A stretch of DNA of 64,000 nucleotides from positions 2,896 through 66,895 of the forward strand of contig JACUUY010000001.1 in assembly GCA_014859085.1 (NCBI GenBank), given 5' to 3'. The translations under genes and the position numbers were made by a program. Positions within the stretch are counted from its first letter, which is position 1, and every line of letters starts with the position of its first letter. The notes beneath the pieces were generated by a model. It was given only the letters and a program-made list of their open reading frames with translations. It made no database searches and was not told where the DNA came from. Shown here piece by piece: positions 46,452 through 55,710 of the stretch. This DNA is from a candidate division WOR-3 bacterium (GTDB taxonomy: Bacteria > Hydrothermota > Tepidihabitantia > SM23-42).

Positions 46452-46506
46452 CCGGTGTCTGCCACGAAAGACATCTCTCTAAGTCATAGGCAGACACCGG
46501 TTTTCT
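46452..46506 (+). terminator. 12-bp perfect GC-rich stem (CCGGTGTCTGCC ... GGCAGACACCGG) with a 25-nt loop, followed by TTTTCT
   Basis: Read from the sequence. It lies 180 bp after the anti-sigma gene and 70 bp before the TolC-like gene. It is either an intrinsic terminator or a leader/attenuator structure. Confidence 0.45.
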
Positions 46507-46576
46507 CGTGTAGATTCCCGCTTAGGTCGCGGCATCTTGTTTGATGCGTAACTAACGGGGGTTTGGTGCGTCTACT

Positions 46577-47791
46577 ATGATTGTGAACAACAAAGGCAAG
46601 TTCTTAGTTATCGGTATCGTGAGTTTGTTCATCTTGGGCCACACGGCAAACGGGTCCGAGCTGGAACTTAGTGCCTTGATTGAAGAGGCGAAGTCAAATA
46701 ATCCTGAATTACAGGCAATGAGCGCTGAATACGAAGCAGCAGGATACGGTATATCGTGGCCACGTTACCTGCCCGATCCTCTCGTTGCCGTGGAATTCAG
46801 CGGTGAAATGACAATGTATAGCGTTACCCAGCAAATACCTTTTCTCACAAAGATCACAAAACGGTATGATCTCGCAAGACTCGGTGCGGATCAAAAATAC
46901 CTGCTCTATGAAGATAAGAAAAACATGCTGATCAGAGATGTGAAGGAAGCATACGCGGCATTCCTGCTGCTCAAGGGAAAGATCGGAGCGACGGAGAAGT
47001 CCATCTCGTTTCTGAAGCAGATACATGGTGTTGGCCGGCAGAAGTATTCGATCAATGAGGCTTCTCAAGCAGAGGTTTTGATCGCGGAGGTTGAATTGGC
47101 AAGGGCCGAGAATGAACTTTCGTCTCTTCATGATGACCTCGGTATTGTTGAGTCGTATCTGAATACTCTTCTCAACCGGGACCTTGATGATAAGCTAGAG
47201 CTGCAGGGTAGACCCGTGCAGTCAGTGGATACGCTTCCCTTATCAAGACTATACGAATTGGCCATTACAAACAGACCTCAATTGAGGGCTTCTGAACTGA
47301 AACGAAGGGAAGCACAGCTTGCCTTGTCGGTGGCCAGGCAGAGCTATCTGCCGGATTTAGTATTCAGGTACACGCACGAGTTGATGATCGATAACATGAG
47401 TAATAGCAAATACATGGTGGGTCTCAGCGTTCCCATCTGGTTCTGGGGCAAACAGGACAAGATGATCCGCGAGGCACATTCACTTCTACGCAGTGCATCG
47501 GCTCGCTATGAACTGATGGAGAATGTGACTCTCCTGGATGTAAAGGAAGCGAAGGTCCGGATCGATAAGTATCGGAGAACCGTACAATTGTACGGAAATT
47601 CAATTCTACCCCAGGCCGAGACTGCCTTGAAGTCGGCACTCGCGGCGTACAAGCTTAACCGGATTGATTTTCATACTTTGCTGGAAAGCGAGAAATCGCT
47701 CGTCCAGGCCGAGTACGCTTTTGAGGAGGCCTACGCGAATCTGTTCATGGCTACGGCAAGGCTGGAACAGATCATAGGGTATGTGGAATAG
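46577..47791 (+). CDS. outer-membrane efflux protein (TolC/CusC/CzcC family)
   Basis: 404 aa with signal peptide. Two-repeat coiled-coil OEP architecture. First gene of a three-component RND operon. Confidence 0.7.
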   Translation: MIVNNKGKFLVIGIVSLFILGHTANGSELELSALIEEAKSNNPELQAMSAEYEAAGYGISWPRYLPDPLVAVEFSGEMTMYSVTQQIPFLTKITKRYDLARLGADQKYLLYEDKKNMLIRDVKEAYAAFLLLKGKIGATEKSISFLKQIHGVGRQKYSINEASQAEVLIAEVELARAENELSSLHDDLGIVESYLNTLLNRDLDDKLELQGRPVQSVDTLPLSRLYELAITNRPQLRASELKRREAQLALSVARQSYLPDLVFRYTHELMIDNMSNSKYMVGLSVPIWFWGKQDKMIREAHSLLRSASARYELMENVTLLDVKEAKVRIDKYRRTVQLYGNSILPQAETALKSALAAYKLNRIDFHTLLESEKSLVQAEYAFEEAYANLFMATARLEQIIGYVE

Positions 47792-49124
47792 GAAAGGAGG
47801 TTTCATGTCCGCAAAAATCATTGCATTAATTATCTTCGTTATAGTTGTCGTAATGTCTGCCTTTACGCTTCTTTTTGGCGAGAAAGCGCAGAAGGTGGAG
47901 CTGGACCGAAGCCTGATCGGCACGAGAGCACTGTGCGTGGTGGTCGGCGATTCATTTGTGATAGACGAACAAACACGGGTCGTCAAATACAAGGACCAGC
48001 TGTATTACACGTGTTGCCCGGGTTGTGATGAACAATTCATTCAGAACCCGGAAAAGTATGTCAATATACTGCATCATGAACAAACGAACAGAAGTGAAGC
48101 ACGCGAAGACCCCGAAGTTCTTTACTGGACATGCACGATGCACCCCGAAGTCAGGTCCGACGACGAAGGGAGTTGCCCGATTTGTGGTATGAACTTGACC
48201 CCGGTGTACGGACCCGGTGAGTCGAGCAACATATTAGGCCTTGATGATCGGGGGATCGAACTGGCGGGTATCAGAATGGTACCGGTCAGGCGCCAGCAAT
48301 TGCACAGGGAATTGCGTCTTGTCGGTGCCGTGGCTTATGACCCGGAGCTGGTGACGGCTCAGGAAGAATATGTCAACGCCCTCGAGATGAGTGATATGAT
48401 CGGAAAGGCCGGTGTGGCGCGGGAAAGAGCTGTGCATCTCGTGGAGAGCTCTGAATACAAACTGAGACTACTTGGTATGGATCATGCTGAGATCAGAGAT
48501 CTGAAAAGGACAAGGATAGTCCAAAGGTCATTGGTGATCCCCGATGGTCACAACTGGGTGTATGCTGCTGCGTACGAACCGGATGTTGCCTGGATAACAA
48601 GGGGACAGCAGGCGACAATCGTGTCGAAGGCCTTGCCCGGTCGTGAATTCAAGGGCCGCGTTGAATCGATCAGCCCGGTCGTCGATGAGAATACACGTGC
48701 CGCAACGGTCAGAATAAGACTCGATGGGTTCGAGCCTGCGCTGACGTCCGGTCTGTATGTCGATGCCAGGCTCGCGGTACCGCTGCGGGCCCGTGGAACA
48801 AAGGGCGAGGAAATGGTTTTGGCAGTACCGTTTGAAGCCGTGCTGGATAGTGGCAATCGACAGGTCGTCTGGGTGTATCTCGGCAACGGACAGTTTCAAC
48901 CGCGTATCGTGAAATTGGGCCACCAGAGCATTGCGCACGGTGATCACACCGGCACTCGCTATTATCAAGTGATCGATGGATTGGCAGAAAATGAGATGAT
49001 AGTGACCAACGGCAATTTCCTGATCGACTCCGAGAGCAGTCTGACCGGTGCGGCCGCAATAAGCTACGGCGGTGCGCTTGGTGTTCAGGAACGTGACCAG
49101 ATGCCGGCGGACCACCAACATTGA
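47781..49124 (+). CDS. RND efflux membrane-fusion (periplasmic adaptor) protein, CusB/CzcB type, with N-terminal metal-binding CxxC motifs
   Basis: 447 aa. N-terminal TM helix. YYTCCPGCDEQF and YWTCTMHPEV...CPICGMNL (an HMBD-like motif of CusB and P1B-ATPases). MFP beta-barrel and lipoyl domains. Confidence 0.75.
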   Translation: MWNRKGGFMSAKIIALIIFVIVVVMSAFTLLFGEKAQKVELDRSLIGTRALCVVVGDSFVIDEQTRVVKYKDQLYYTCCPGCDEQFIQNPEKYVNILHHEQTNRSEAREDPEVLYWTCTMHPEVRSDDEGSCPICGMNLTPVYGPGESSNILGLDDRGIELAGIRMVPVRRQQLHRELRLVGAVAYDPELVTAQEEYVNALEMSDMIGKAGVARERAVHLVESSEYKLRLLGMDHAEIRDLKRTRIVQRSLVIPDGHNWVYAAAYEPDVAWITRGQQATIVSKALPGREFKGRVESISPVVDENTRAATVRIRLDGFEPALTSGLYVDARLAVPLRARGTKGEEMVLAVPFEAVLDSGNRQVVWVYLGNGQFQPRIVKLGHQSIAHGDHTGTRYYQVIDGLAENEMIVTNGNFLIDSESSLTGAAAISYGGALGVQERDQMPADHQH

Positions 49125-49137
49125 ATTTGAGAATAGA

Positions 49138-52100
49138 ATGACAGAAAAGATCATCGATCTCTGTCTGAGAAACAGATTTCTCGTCATCGGTACGACCGTA
49201 CTGATCCTTATCTGGGGTGTGTTCTCGTACCGTAATACGCCGATAGATGCGATCCCGGACATCGGCGATCTTCAGGTCATCATATATGCGGAATGGTCCG
49301 GACGCAGCCCCAGGGATGTCGAGGATCAGGTTCTCTATCCCTTGACAACGAAGTTGATGGGGATCCCGGGAGTCAAGACCACCAGGTCAACATCGGCATT
49401 TGGATTCGGGCTGGTTAATCTCATATTCGAGGAAGGTGTAGACTTCTACTGGGCGCGGACCAGGGTGCTCGAGAGGTTGAGTTTCGCGAGCACCGATCTG
49501 CCGGCCGATGCAAAGGTTACGCTCGGTCCTGATGTAACTTCACTTGGCCAGGTGTTCTGGTATACCGTTGAGAACGGCTACTATTGCCCTGATCATCCGC
49601 AAGAGTCCTTTGCGAATCCCGGTCATTGTCCCGTGGATGGAAAGGAGTTGGTACAGTCCACCTATGACTTGGGCGAATTGCGCAGCATTCAAGACTGGTA
49701 TGTCCGCTACGGGTTGAACGCAGTGAGTGGCGTGTCGGAAGTTGCCTCGGTCGGCGGCTATGTTAAACAGTACCAGATCGATGTGGATCCTTACCGGCTG
49801 AGGCACTACGGTCTGACGGTGATGGATGTGATAAACGCGGTCAGACGGTCCAATATCGACGTTGGAGCAAAGGTGTTTGAGGCAGGTTCGGTAGAGTTCA
49901 TCATAAGAGGTGTTGGATTCATAAAGGAACTCGAAGATCTGGAGAATATCGCGGTTTCAACACGTGAAGGTGTCCCCGTCTTAGTCCGGGACGTAGGTAG
50001 GGTTGTCATCGGTCCTGACTTCAGAAGAGGTGCGCTGGATAGAGCAGGCGTTGAGGTCACTGGCGGTGTCGTGCTTATGCGCCATGGGGACAATCCGGCA
50101 AGGGTTATCGGGGGGGTGAAGGACAGAATAGAAGAGTTGAAGCTTGGTTTGCCACCTGGCGTGCGGGTCGTTCCCTTCTATGACCGCTCCGAATTGATCG
50201 GGCGCGTGAGCAACACCCTGAGAGACGCGCTGGTTGAAGAAATACTGATAACGGTCTTCGTGATCGTCGTTTTTTTGCTACATTTTTCAGGAGGCATAAT
50301 AATCTCGGCGGTCTTGCCGCTCGGCGTTCTCATATCATTCATTTTCATGCGCATCTTCGGCATTGATGCGAATGTCATGTCGCTTGGCGGGATCGCAATA
50401 GCTATTGGGGTGATGGTCGACGCCGGTTCGGTGCTGGTCGAAAATATCTACCGCAAGATCGCTGAGCGGCAGCAGCGGGGCAAATTGAGCCCGGCCGACC
50501 GGCTCGAAATATGCGTTGACGGCGCAAAGGAGGTTGGTCGCCCCGTGTTTTTCGCTCTGCTCACGACGATCATCGGGTTCATCCCCGTATTCGTGTTGAC
50601 CGGGCAGGCGGGCAGGTTGTTCAGACCATTAGCGTATACCAAGACATTCGCGATAGTCGGGGCGGCGCTCATCGCGATCTGCGTTCTTCCAACATTTGCC
50701 TACTACTCCATCCGCGGCCGCTTGCGTTTACCTGATGAGAACATTGTTTCGAGAGCGTTGAGACGCGTATACCATCCGGCCATCAGATGGTCACTTGATC
50801 ACAAACGCCTTGTCGTGCTTCTTTTCGTGTTTTTCTTTATTATCGGTGCTGCTACATCATTTTTTGTCAAACAGGAATTCATGCCGCCGCTGAATGAAGG
50901 CGACCTGTTATTCATGCCGGTACTGCTGCCGGGTGCTTCCATGGCGCAGGTGATGGAGGTCATGCGCAAACAAGATATCATAATAAAGAAGGAATTTCCT
51001 GACGAGGTTGAGTGGGTTGTGGGCAAACTCGGACGTGCGGAAACAGCGACCGACCCCGCGCCGGTAACGATGATCGAGACGGTCATTCACCTCAGGCCGG
51101 AAAAACTGTGGCGTGCAGGCATGACCAGGGAAAAATTGATCAGTGAGATCCAGTCCAAGACAAAGATCCCCGGTGTCAGTCCCATCATGACACAGCCGAT
51201 TCGTAACCGGATCGATATGCTCGCGACAGGAATTCAGACCCCGGTCGGTATCAAGGTCTTTGGTGCGGATCTGAAGGTCGTCGAACAGATCGCCACGGAG
51301 CTCGAGGCGGTAGTGTCGATCGTCAAAGGCGCGGCGAGCGTGTACGCGGAAAGGATCGGCAACCGCCCATATTTTGAAATTAGAATCGACCGTGAGCAGA
51401 TCGCACGCTACGGTGTGAGCCTGGGTGCGCTGCAGGATATTATTGCCATGGCGGTCGGTGGAATGAACATAACCAGGACTGTAGAAGGCCGGGAAAGGTA
51501 TCCGGTGCGCGTGCGGTATATGCGTGATTTCCGGGACAATCCAGAGGCCCTTGCGGCCATACTCATCCCGACGCATGGCGGTGCGCAGGTGCCCATGGAT
51601 CTTCTGGTTAATTTCAGAAAGACCGTCGGCCCGGCAATGATACAGTCAGAAAACACCGTGCCGTATTTCAGGGTGTTCATAAACGTGGATCAAGAAGTGG
51701 CCGGTCTCGTCGATTTCGTCCGAAACGCCCAGCGCGTGGTCGACGAGGAGATCGCGTCCGGCAGACTGCAGATACCAGCCGGATACTATGTCAGCTGGAG
51801 CGGGCAGTTCGAATCTGAAGTCGAAGCGAGAAACCGATTGGCGCTGGTCCTGCCGATCTGTTTGCTGGTAATACTGCTGCTGCTCTACATGGCTTTCAAG
51901 GACGTGGCATCGGTCTTGATCGTAGCATTAGGACTGCCTTTTGCCCTGGTCGGAGGGATAGTTCCTCTTTTTCTTCTTGGTTTTAAATTCTCCACCGCGG
52001 TGTGGGTCGGGTTCATAGCGCTTTTTGGTGTTGCTACCGATAACGCAGTGGTATTATTGGCGGTTTTCAAGAAAATATTTGAGGAGAAGAAACCCCTGGA

Positions 52101-52344
52101 CACTGCTGAGGTGCGCAGCATGATCATGAAAGGTGGATTGCTGCGCGTAAGACCGATCATGATGACGGCACTGACCACGGTTCTTGCTCTTGTGCCGATA
52201 ATGTTTTTCACTTCAGCCGGCGCCGAAATGATCAAACCGATGGCCGCGCCGATCATCGGCGGTCTCGTAAGTGCAACCTTCGCCAACCTGATCCTTGTGC
52301 CGGTTCTTTATTCCTGGATAAAAGAACGGCGGGTGGCAGAGTGA
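49138..52344 (+). CDS. heavy-metal efflux RND pump (CusA/CzcA, HME family)
   Basis: The start is placed at the internal ATG (MTEKIIDLCLRNRF...). 12-TM RND architecture. A periplasmic-loop insertion YYCPDHPQESFANPGHCPVDGKEL resembles the HMBD motif of the adaptor. Confidence 0.9.
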   Translation: MTEKIIDLCLRNRFLVIGTTVLILIWGVFSYRNTPIDAIPDIGDLQVIIYAEWSGRSPRDVEDQVLYPLTTKLMGIPGVKTTRSTSAFGFGLVNLIFEEGVDFYWARTRVLERLSFASTDLPADAKVTLGPDVTSLGQVFWYTVENGYYCPDHPQESFANPGHCPVDGKELVQSTYDLGELRSIQDWYVRYGLNAVSGVSEVASVGGYVKQYQIDVDPYRLRHYGLTVMDVINAVRRSNIDVGAKVFEAGSVEFIIRGVGFIKELEDLENIAVSTREGVPVLVRDVGRVVIGPDFRRGALDRAGVEVTGGVVLMRHGDNPARVIGGVKDRIEELKLGLPPGVRVVPFYDRSELIGRVSNTLRDALVEEILITVFVIVVFLLHFSGGIIISAVLPLGVLISFIFMRIFGIDANVMSLGGIAIAIGVMVDAGSVLVENIYRKIAERQQRGKLSPADRLEICVDGAKEVGRPVFFALLTTIIGFIPVFVLTGQAGRLFRPLAYTKTFAIVGAALIAICVLPTFAYYSIRGRLRLPDENIVSRALRRVYHPAIRWSLDHKRLVVLLFVFFFIIGAATSFFVKQEFMPPLNEGDLLFMPVLLPGASMAQVMEVMRKQDIIIKKEFPDEVEWVVGKLGRAETATDPAPVTMIETVIHLRPEKLWRAGMTREKLISEIQSKTKIPGVSPIMTQPIRNRIDMLATGIQTPVGIKVFGADLKVVEQIATELEAVVSIVKGAASVYAERIGNRPYFEIRIDREQIARYGVSLGALQDIIAMAVGGMNITRTVEGRERYPVRVRYMRDFRDNPEALAAILIPTHGGAQVPMDLLVNFRKTVGPAMIQSENTVPYFRVFINVDQEVAGLVDFVRNAQRVVDEEIASGRLQIPAGYYVSWSGQFESEVEARNRLALVLPICLLVILLLLYMAFKDVASVLIVALGLPFALVGGIVPLFLLGFKFSTAVWVGFIALFGVATDNAVVLLAVFKKIFEEKKPLDTAEVRSMIMKGGLLRVRPIMMTALTTVLALVPIMFFTSAGAEMIKPMAAPIIGGLVSATFANLILVPVLYSWIKERRVAE

Positions 52345-52423
52345 TTGCGGATGTTCGGATGTGGTTCAGGCTGCAGCAAATTATGTCACAGGAAGCATAC
52401 ATATCCGAAGACTTGGGGGTTAT

Positions 52424-52744
52424 GTGAAGTTGATAAAAGCCTATGTCAGGACCTATATGTCTGATAAGGTCGTCCACGCGTTGAAAAAGATCGATGCCCC
52501 ACGGCTGACGGCGATAGATATCCGTGCCATGGGAGATGAGATCGCTCCACAGCATCTTGAGATATCATCGGCCCACGCCGGCACATATACGACCATGGTC
52601 AAGCTCGAAATAGTGTGCGATGACGATGAAGTAGACAGGATACGCGGTGCAATAATAGAAAATGCGCGGACGGGTTACAAGGGTGATGGGATCGTGGTGA
52701 TCTCCCCGGTCGAGGACCTAGTCAGCATTCGCCGCGGTCGATGA
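52424..52744 (+). CDS. P-II (GlnB-like) family protein with divergent T-loop, transporter-associated type
   Basis: GTG start preceded by GGGGG. (M)KLIKAYVRTYMSDKVVHALKK...KLEIVCDDDEVDRIRGAIIENARTGYKGDGIVVISPVEDLVSIRRG fits the GlnB fold. It lacks the canonical Tyr51 T-loop motif. Confidence 0.65.
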   Translation: MKLIKAYVRTYMSDKVVHALKKIDAPRLTAIDIRAMGDEIAPQHLEISSAHAGTYTTMVKLEIVCDDDEVDRIRGAIIENARTGYKGDGIVVISPVEDLVSIRRGR

Positions 52745-52833
52745 GACGAAGACGGTGGAGGATTGCTTCAGGATGCACCTGAGCATTGCTTGACAAGTCA
52801 ATTGCGGGTGGTATAATCATCAGGGAGGTACGA

Positions 52834-53217
52834 ATGAATTATGGTTATGTGAAGGAGACCGATCTGAAATTCAATGATGCCATGGTGAAGGTAGACGAAG
52901 AATTGCAGAAAGAGGGATTCAATGTGCTGACGAGAATTGACGTGCAGGCCAAGTTCAAGGAGAAGTTGAGTATCGATTTTCCAAAATACATGATACTGGG
53001 AGTATGTAATCCGAAGTTGGCCCACAAGGCCATTTCTACCGAATGGCACATTGGTTTGCTGTTACCATGCAATGTCATAGTGTATGAAAGGGATGTCAGG
53101 GTGGGGATCGGCATAATGAAGCCGACCGAAGCGATGGCAATAGTACAGAATGCGGCATTGCAGGAGCTGGCCGACGAAGTGGAGTCGAAATTGAGGCGTG
53201 TATTCGACAATATCTGA
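52834..53217 (+). CDS. DUF302 domain protein
   Basis: The start is placed at the ATG preceded by GGAGG. KYMILGVCNPKLAHKAI...GLLLPCNVIVYE is characteristic of DUF302. Confidence 0.65.
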   Translation: MNYGYVKETDLKFNDAMVKVDEELQKEGFNVLTRIDVQAKFKEKLSIDFPKYMILGVCNPKLAHKAISTEWHIGLLLPCNVIVYERDVRVGIGIMKPTEAMAIVQNAALQELADEVESKLRRVFDNI

Positions 53218-53227
53218 GGAGGAGATC

Positions 53228-53521
53228 ATGAGATTGTTGAGTCTTATCTTTCTGTTGTTGCTGGCATCGTCAGCGTGCTATTATCCGGGGGGTTGGCACA
53301 TGATGGGTGATTGGGATCACATGACGTGGGGATATGGAGGTGTGCTTATGTGGTTGATACTGCTCGTTTTGATCGGTGTGGTAGTATATTTTGTCGTACG
53401 CAGCAATAAATGGCCGAGACGTGGCGGCGAGGAGACTCCTCTTGAAATCCTGAAAAAGCGTTACGCTCGCGGTGAGATAACAAAGGATGAATACGACCGG
53501 ATGAAGAAAGACTTGGAGTGA
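53228..53521 (+). CDS. small membrane protein with His/Met/Trp-rich N-terminal segment and C-terminal SHOCT domain
   Basis: The start is placed at the ATG preceded by GGAGGAG. ...GGWHMMGDWDHMTWGYGG, a TM helix, then LEILKKRYARGEITKDEYDRMKKDL (SHOCT). Confidence 0.55.
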   Translation: MRLLSLIFLLLLASSACYYPGGWHMMGDWDHMTWGYGGVLMWLILLVLIGVVVYFVVRSNKWPRRGGEETPLEILKKRYARGEITKDEYDRMKKDLE

Positions 53522-53542
53522 TCTTTCTCTTCGACCTGAAGT

Positions 53543-54913
53543 TCACTTCGCCCATTTCTTCTGCCACAGATAGAAAGAACCGGTGACGATAATCGCCACC
53601 GGTTTTTCTTTGGCCCGTGATAGCAAATCCAGGGCAGTTTGTACCGATCGCGCAGTCGTTGCCCTTTTCTGATACTTGCGTGCTTTCGGCACCAGATCAC
53701 ACGGCTCCATTGCTCGTGGGTGGTCCGCTTTGACAATTAACACTTGTCTTGCTCTTGGACAGATATGCTGCAGAAAATATCGTATATCCTTGTCCCGGTT
53801 CGTTCCGAAAACCAAATCGAATGTCCTTACCTTATGGATTTCAATATTTCTCTCGAGCGCTTTGAACGAATCTTCGTTATGGGCGCAGTCGAATATCACG
53901 AGCGGCCTCCTGGACACGATCTCGAACCGGCCCCGGAGCACTGTCTGCTGCACGCCCTGCTTTACCGCCTCGGTTCTGATCCTTACGCCGTCGCGCCTCA
54001 GTTCGCTCAACACGGCCAGGGCAATGATCAGGTTTTCGATCTGATGAGGCCCGGCCAGGGGCAGGAATGTTTCGAAGTCACCGGTCTTGCCGCGAACGCG
54101 GATCTTGGTACCGTCCATGGTTTGCGACAGGGTTTTTACCCGGTGTTGTTCCTCGGCGAATACAACGGTGGACCACCGTTCCCTTGCGACCTTGCGCAGG
54201 ATACGTTCGACCGCCGGCCGTTGGTGGATCGTGACCAAAGCGCCATTATGGCGAATGATACCGGCTTTTTCTGCGGCGATCTGGGATAGTCTCGTGCCCA
54301 GCAGGTTCATGTGGTCGTAGCCGACGCGCGTTATGACCGATAGCAGCGGCTCAGATGCATTTGTAGCGTCGAGCCGGCCGCCCAGGCCAACCTCGAGCAC
54401 GGTGAAGTCGACCCGCTGTTCGAGGAAATATAGGAAAGCGATCGTCGTGAGTGCTTCAAAGAAACTCCGGGCGCCCGTTTTCTTTTTGATCACCGGTTTC
54501 ACCTTCGCCACTAATCGATCGAAATCCGTATCACTGATGTTGCGGTTGTTGACACTGATCCGCTCGTTCATTGCGCTGAGGTGGGGTGACGTGTACAGTC
54601 CCACCCGGTAACCATTACTCATCAGACAGGCGGCGAGGATCGCCGCGGTCGCCCCCTTGCCTTTGGTGCCGGCGATCAGGATGACGTTGCTCAGTTGCTT
54701 GTGCGGCGCGCCGAAATGATCGAGAAAATTCTTGTAGGCATCGAGGTCATAATCGTAGCCCGGTGTCTTCTCGTAGTCGATCAGCGAATGGAGAAAATCC
54801 TGGGATTTTTTGTTCAAATGGCTTTGTGGCCTAGCGGTTTCATCCGGAGGGCGATGTCGAGCGCTCTTGCGGAGTGGGTCAGCGCTCCGACCGACACATA
54901 ATCGGCGCCGCAC
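53543..54913 (-). CDS. folC: folylpolyglutamate synthase / dihydrofolate synthase (Mur ligase family)
   Basis: P-loop IAGTKGKGATAAILA and Mur-ligase middle and C-terminal domains. The annotated N-terminal ~45 aa overlap nadC and probably reflect an upstream false start; the true start is likely a non-ATG codon near 54810. Confidence 0.8.
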   Translation of the reverse strand: MRRRLCVGRSADPLRKSARHRPPDETARPQSHLNKKSQDFLHSLIDYEKTPGYDYDLDAYKNFLDHFGAPHKQLSNVILIAGTKGKGATAAILAACLMSNGYRVGLYTSPHLSAMNERISVNNRNISDTDFDRLVAKVKPVIKKKTGARSFFEALTTIAFLYFLEQRVDFTVLEVGLGGRLDATNASEPLLSVITRVGYDHMNLLGTRLSQIAAEKAGIIRHNGALVTIHQRPAVERILRKVARERWSTVVFAEEQHRVKTLSQTMDGTKIRVRGKTGDFETFLPLAGPHQIENLIIALAVLSELRRDGVRIRTEAVKQGVQQTVLRGRFEIVSRRPLVIFDCAHNEDSFKALERNIEIHKVRTFDLVFGTNRDKDIRYFLQHICPRARQVLIVKADHPRAMEPCDLVPKARKYQKRATTARSVQTALDLLSRAKEKPVAIIVTGSFYLWQKKWAK

Positions 54914-55710
54914 GAGGCAAGCTGCGCGATGTTATCGAGGTCGACCCCGCCGCTCACTTCGATCTCAGTTTCCGGCGACGCGTCCCGGACCCGCTTCACG
55001 GCCTCGGCGATCTGGTGCAGGTTCATGTTATCGAGCATGACACGGTCGATCCGGAGGGCGATGGCCTCGTTCAGCTCGGCCATCGTTTTTAGCTCGACCT
55101 CGATGAACCGCTTGGTCCGGCGTTTTCTCACACGGTTCACGGCTTCGGTAATGCTTCCGGCGATCTGGATATGGTTATCTTTGATCATGACCATATCGTA
55201 CAGGCCAAAGCGATGGTTCTGGCCGCCGCCCGTGCGCACCGCGTACTTCTCTATGATCCTGATGCCGGGCGCCGTCTTCCTGGTATCAAGGATCTTCACC
55301 TTGCCCTGGGCCGCATCGACGAACCTCCTGGTCTGGGTGGCGATCCCGCTCAGGTGCTGGAGAAAATTGAGCGCCGTCCTTTCGCCGGTGAGACAGACCG
55401 CAGCCTTGCCGATCACGATGGCGATCGTGGCGCCCGGGGAGAGCAGATGCCCGTCATTGAGCTGTTTCTGAAAGTCGATAGTCGCATCGAGTTGCTCGAA
55501 TACGCCGCGCGCGATGTCGACACCGCAGAGAACGCCCTCTTCCTTGGCGAAAATTATGCCCAGCGCGCGGTCATCGGCCGAGACCACGGCATCCGTTGTA
55601 ATGTCGCCCTTCCCGATATCCTCTTTCAGTGCGCGCTTGATGATGCTCAGGAATTGCGCCTTATTCCGGTCTTTCTTTGGGCGCGTCGTTCTGACGTCTC
55701 TTTTCTTCAT
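54814..55710 (-). CDS. nadC: nicotinate-nucleotide pyrophosphorylase (quinolinate phosphoribosyltransferase)
   Basis: The start is placed at the internal Met (MKKRDVRTT...), not the track start 55803, which overlaps uvrB by 143 bp. [25 protein letters not shown] and [12 protein letters not shown] motifs. Confidence 0.75.
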   Translation of the reverse strand: MKKRDVRTTRPKKDRNKAQFLSIIKRALKEDIGKGDITTDAVVSADDRALGIIFAKEEGVLCGVDIARGVFEQLDATIDFQKQLNDGHLLSPGATIAIVIGKAAVCLTGERTALNFLQHLSGIATQTRRFVDAAQGKVKILDTRKTAPGIRIIEKYAVRTGGGQNHRFGLYDMVMIKDNHIQIAGSITEAVNRVRKRRTKRFIEVELKTMAELNEAIALRIDRVMLDNMNLHQIAEAVKRVRDASPETEIEVSGGVDLDNIAQLASCGADYVSVGALTHSARALDIALRMKPLGHKAI

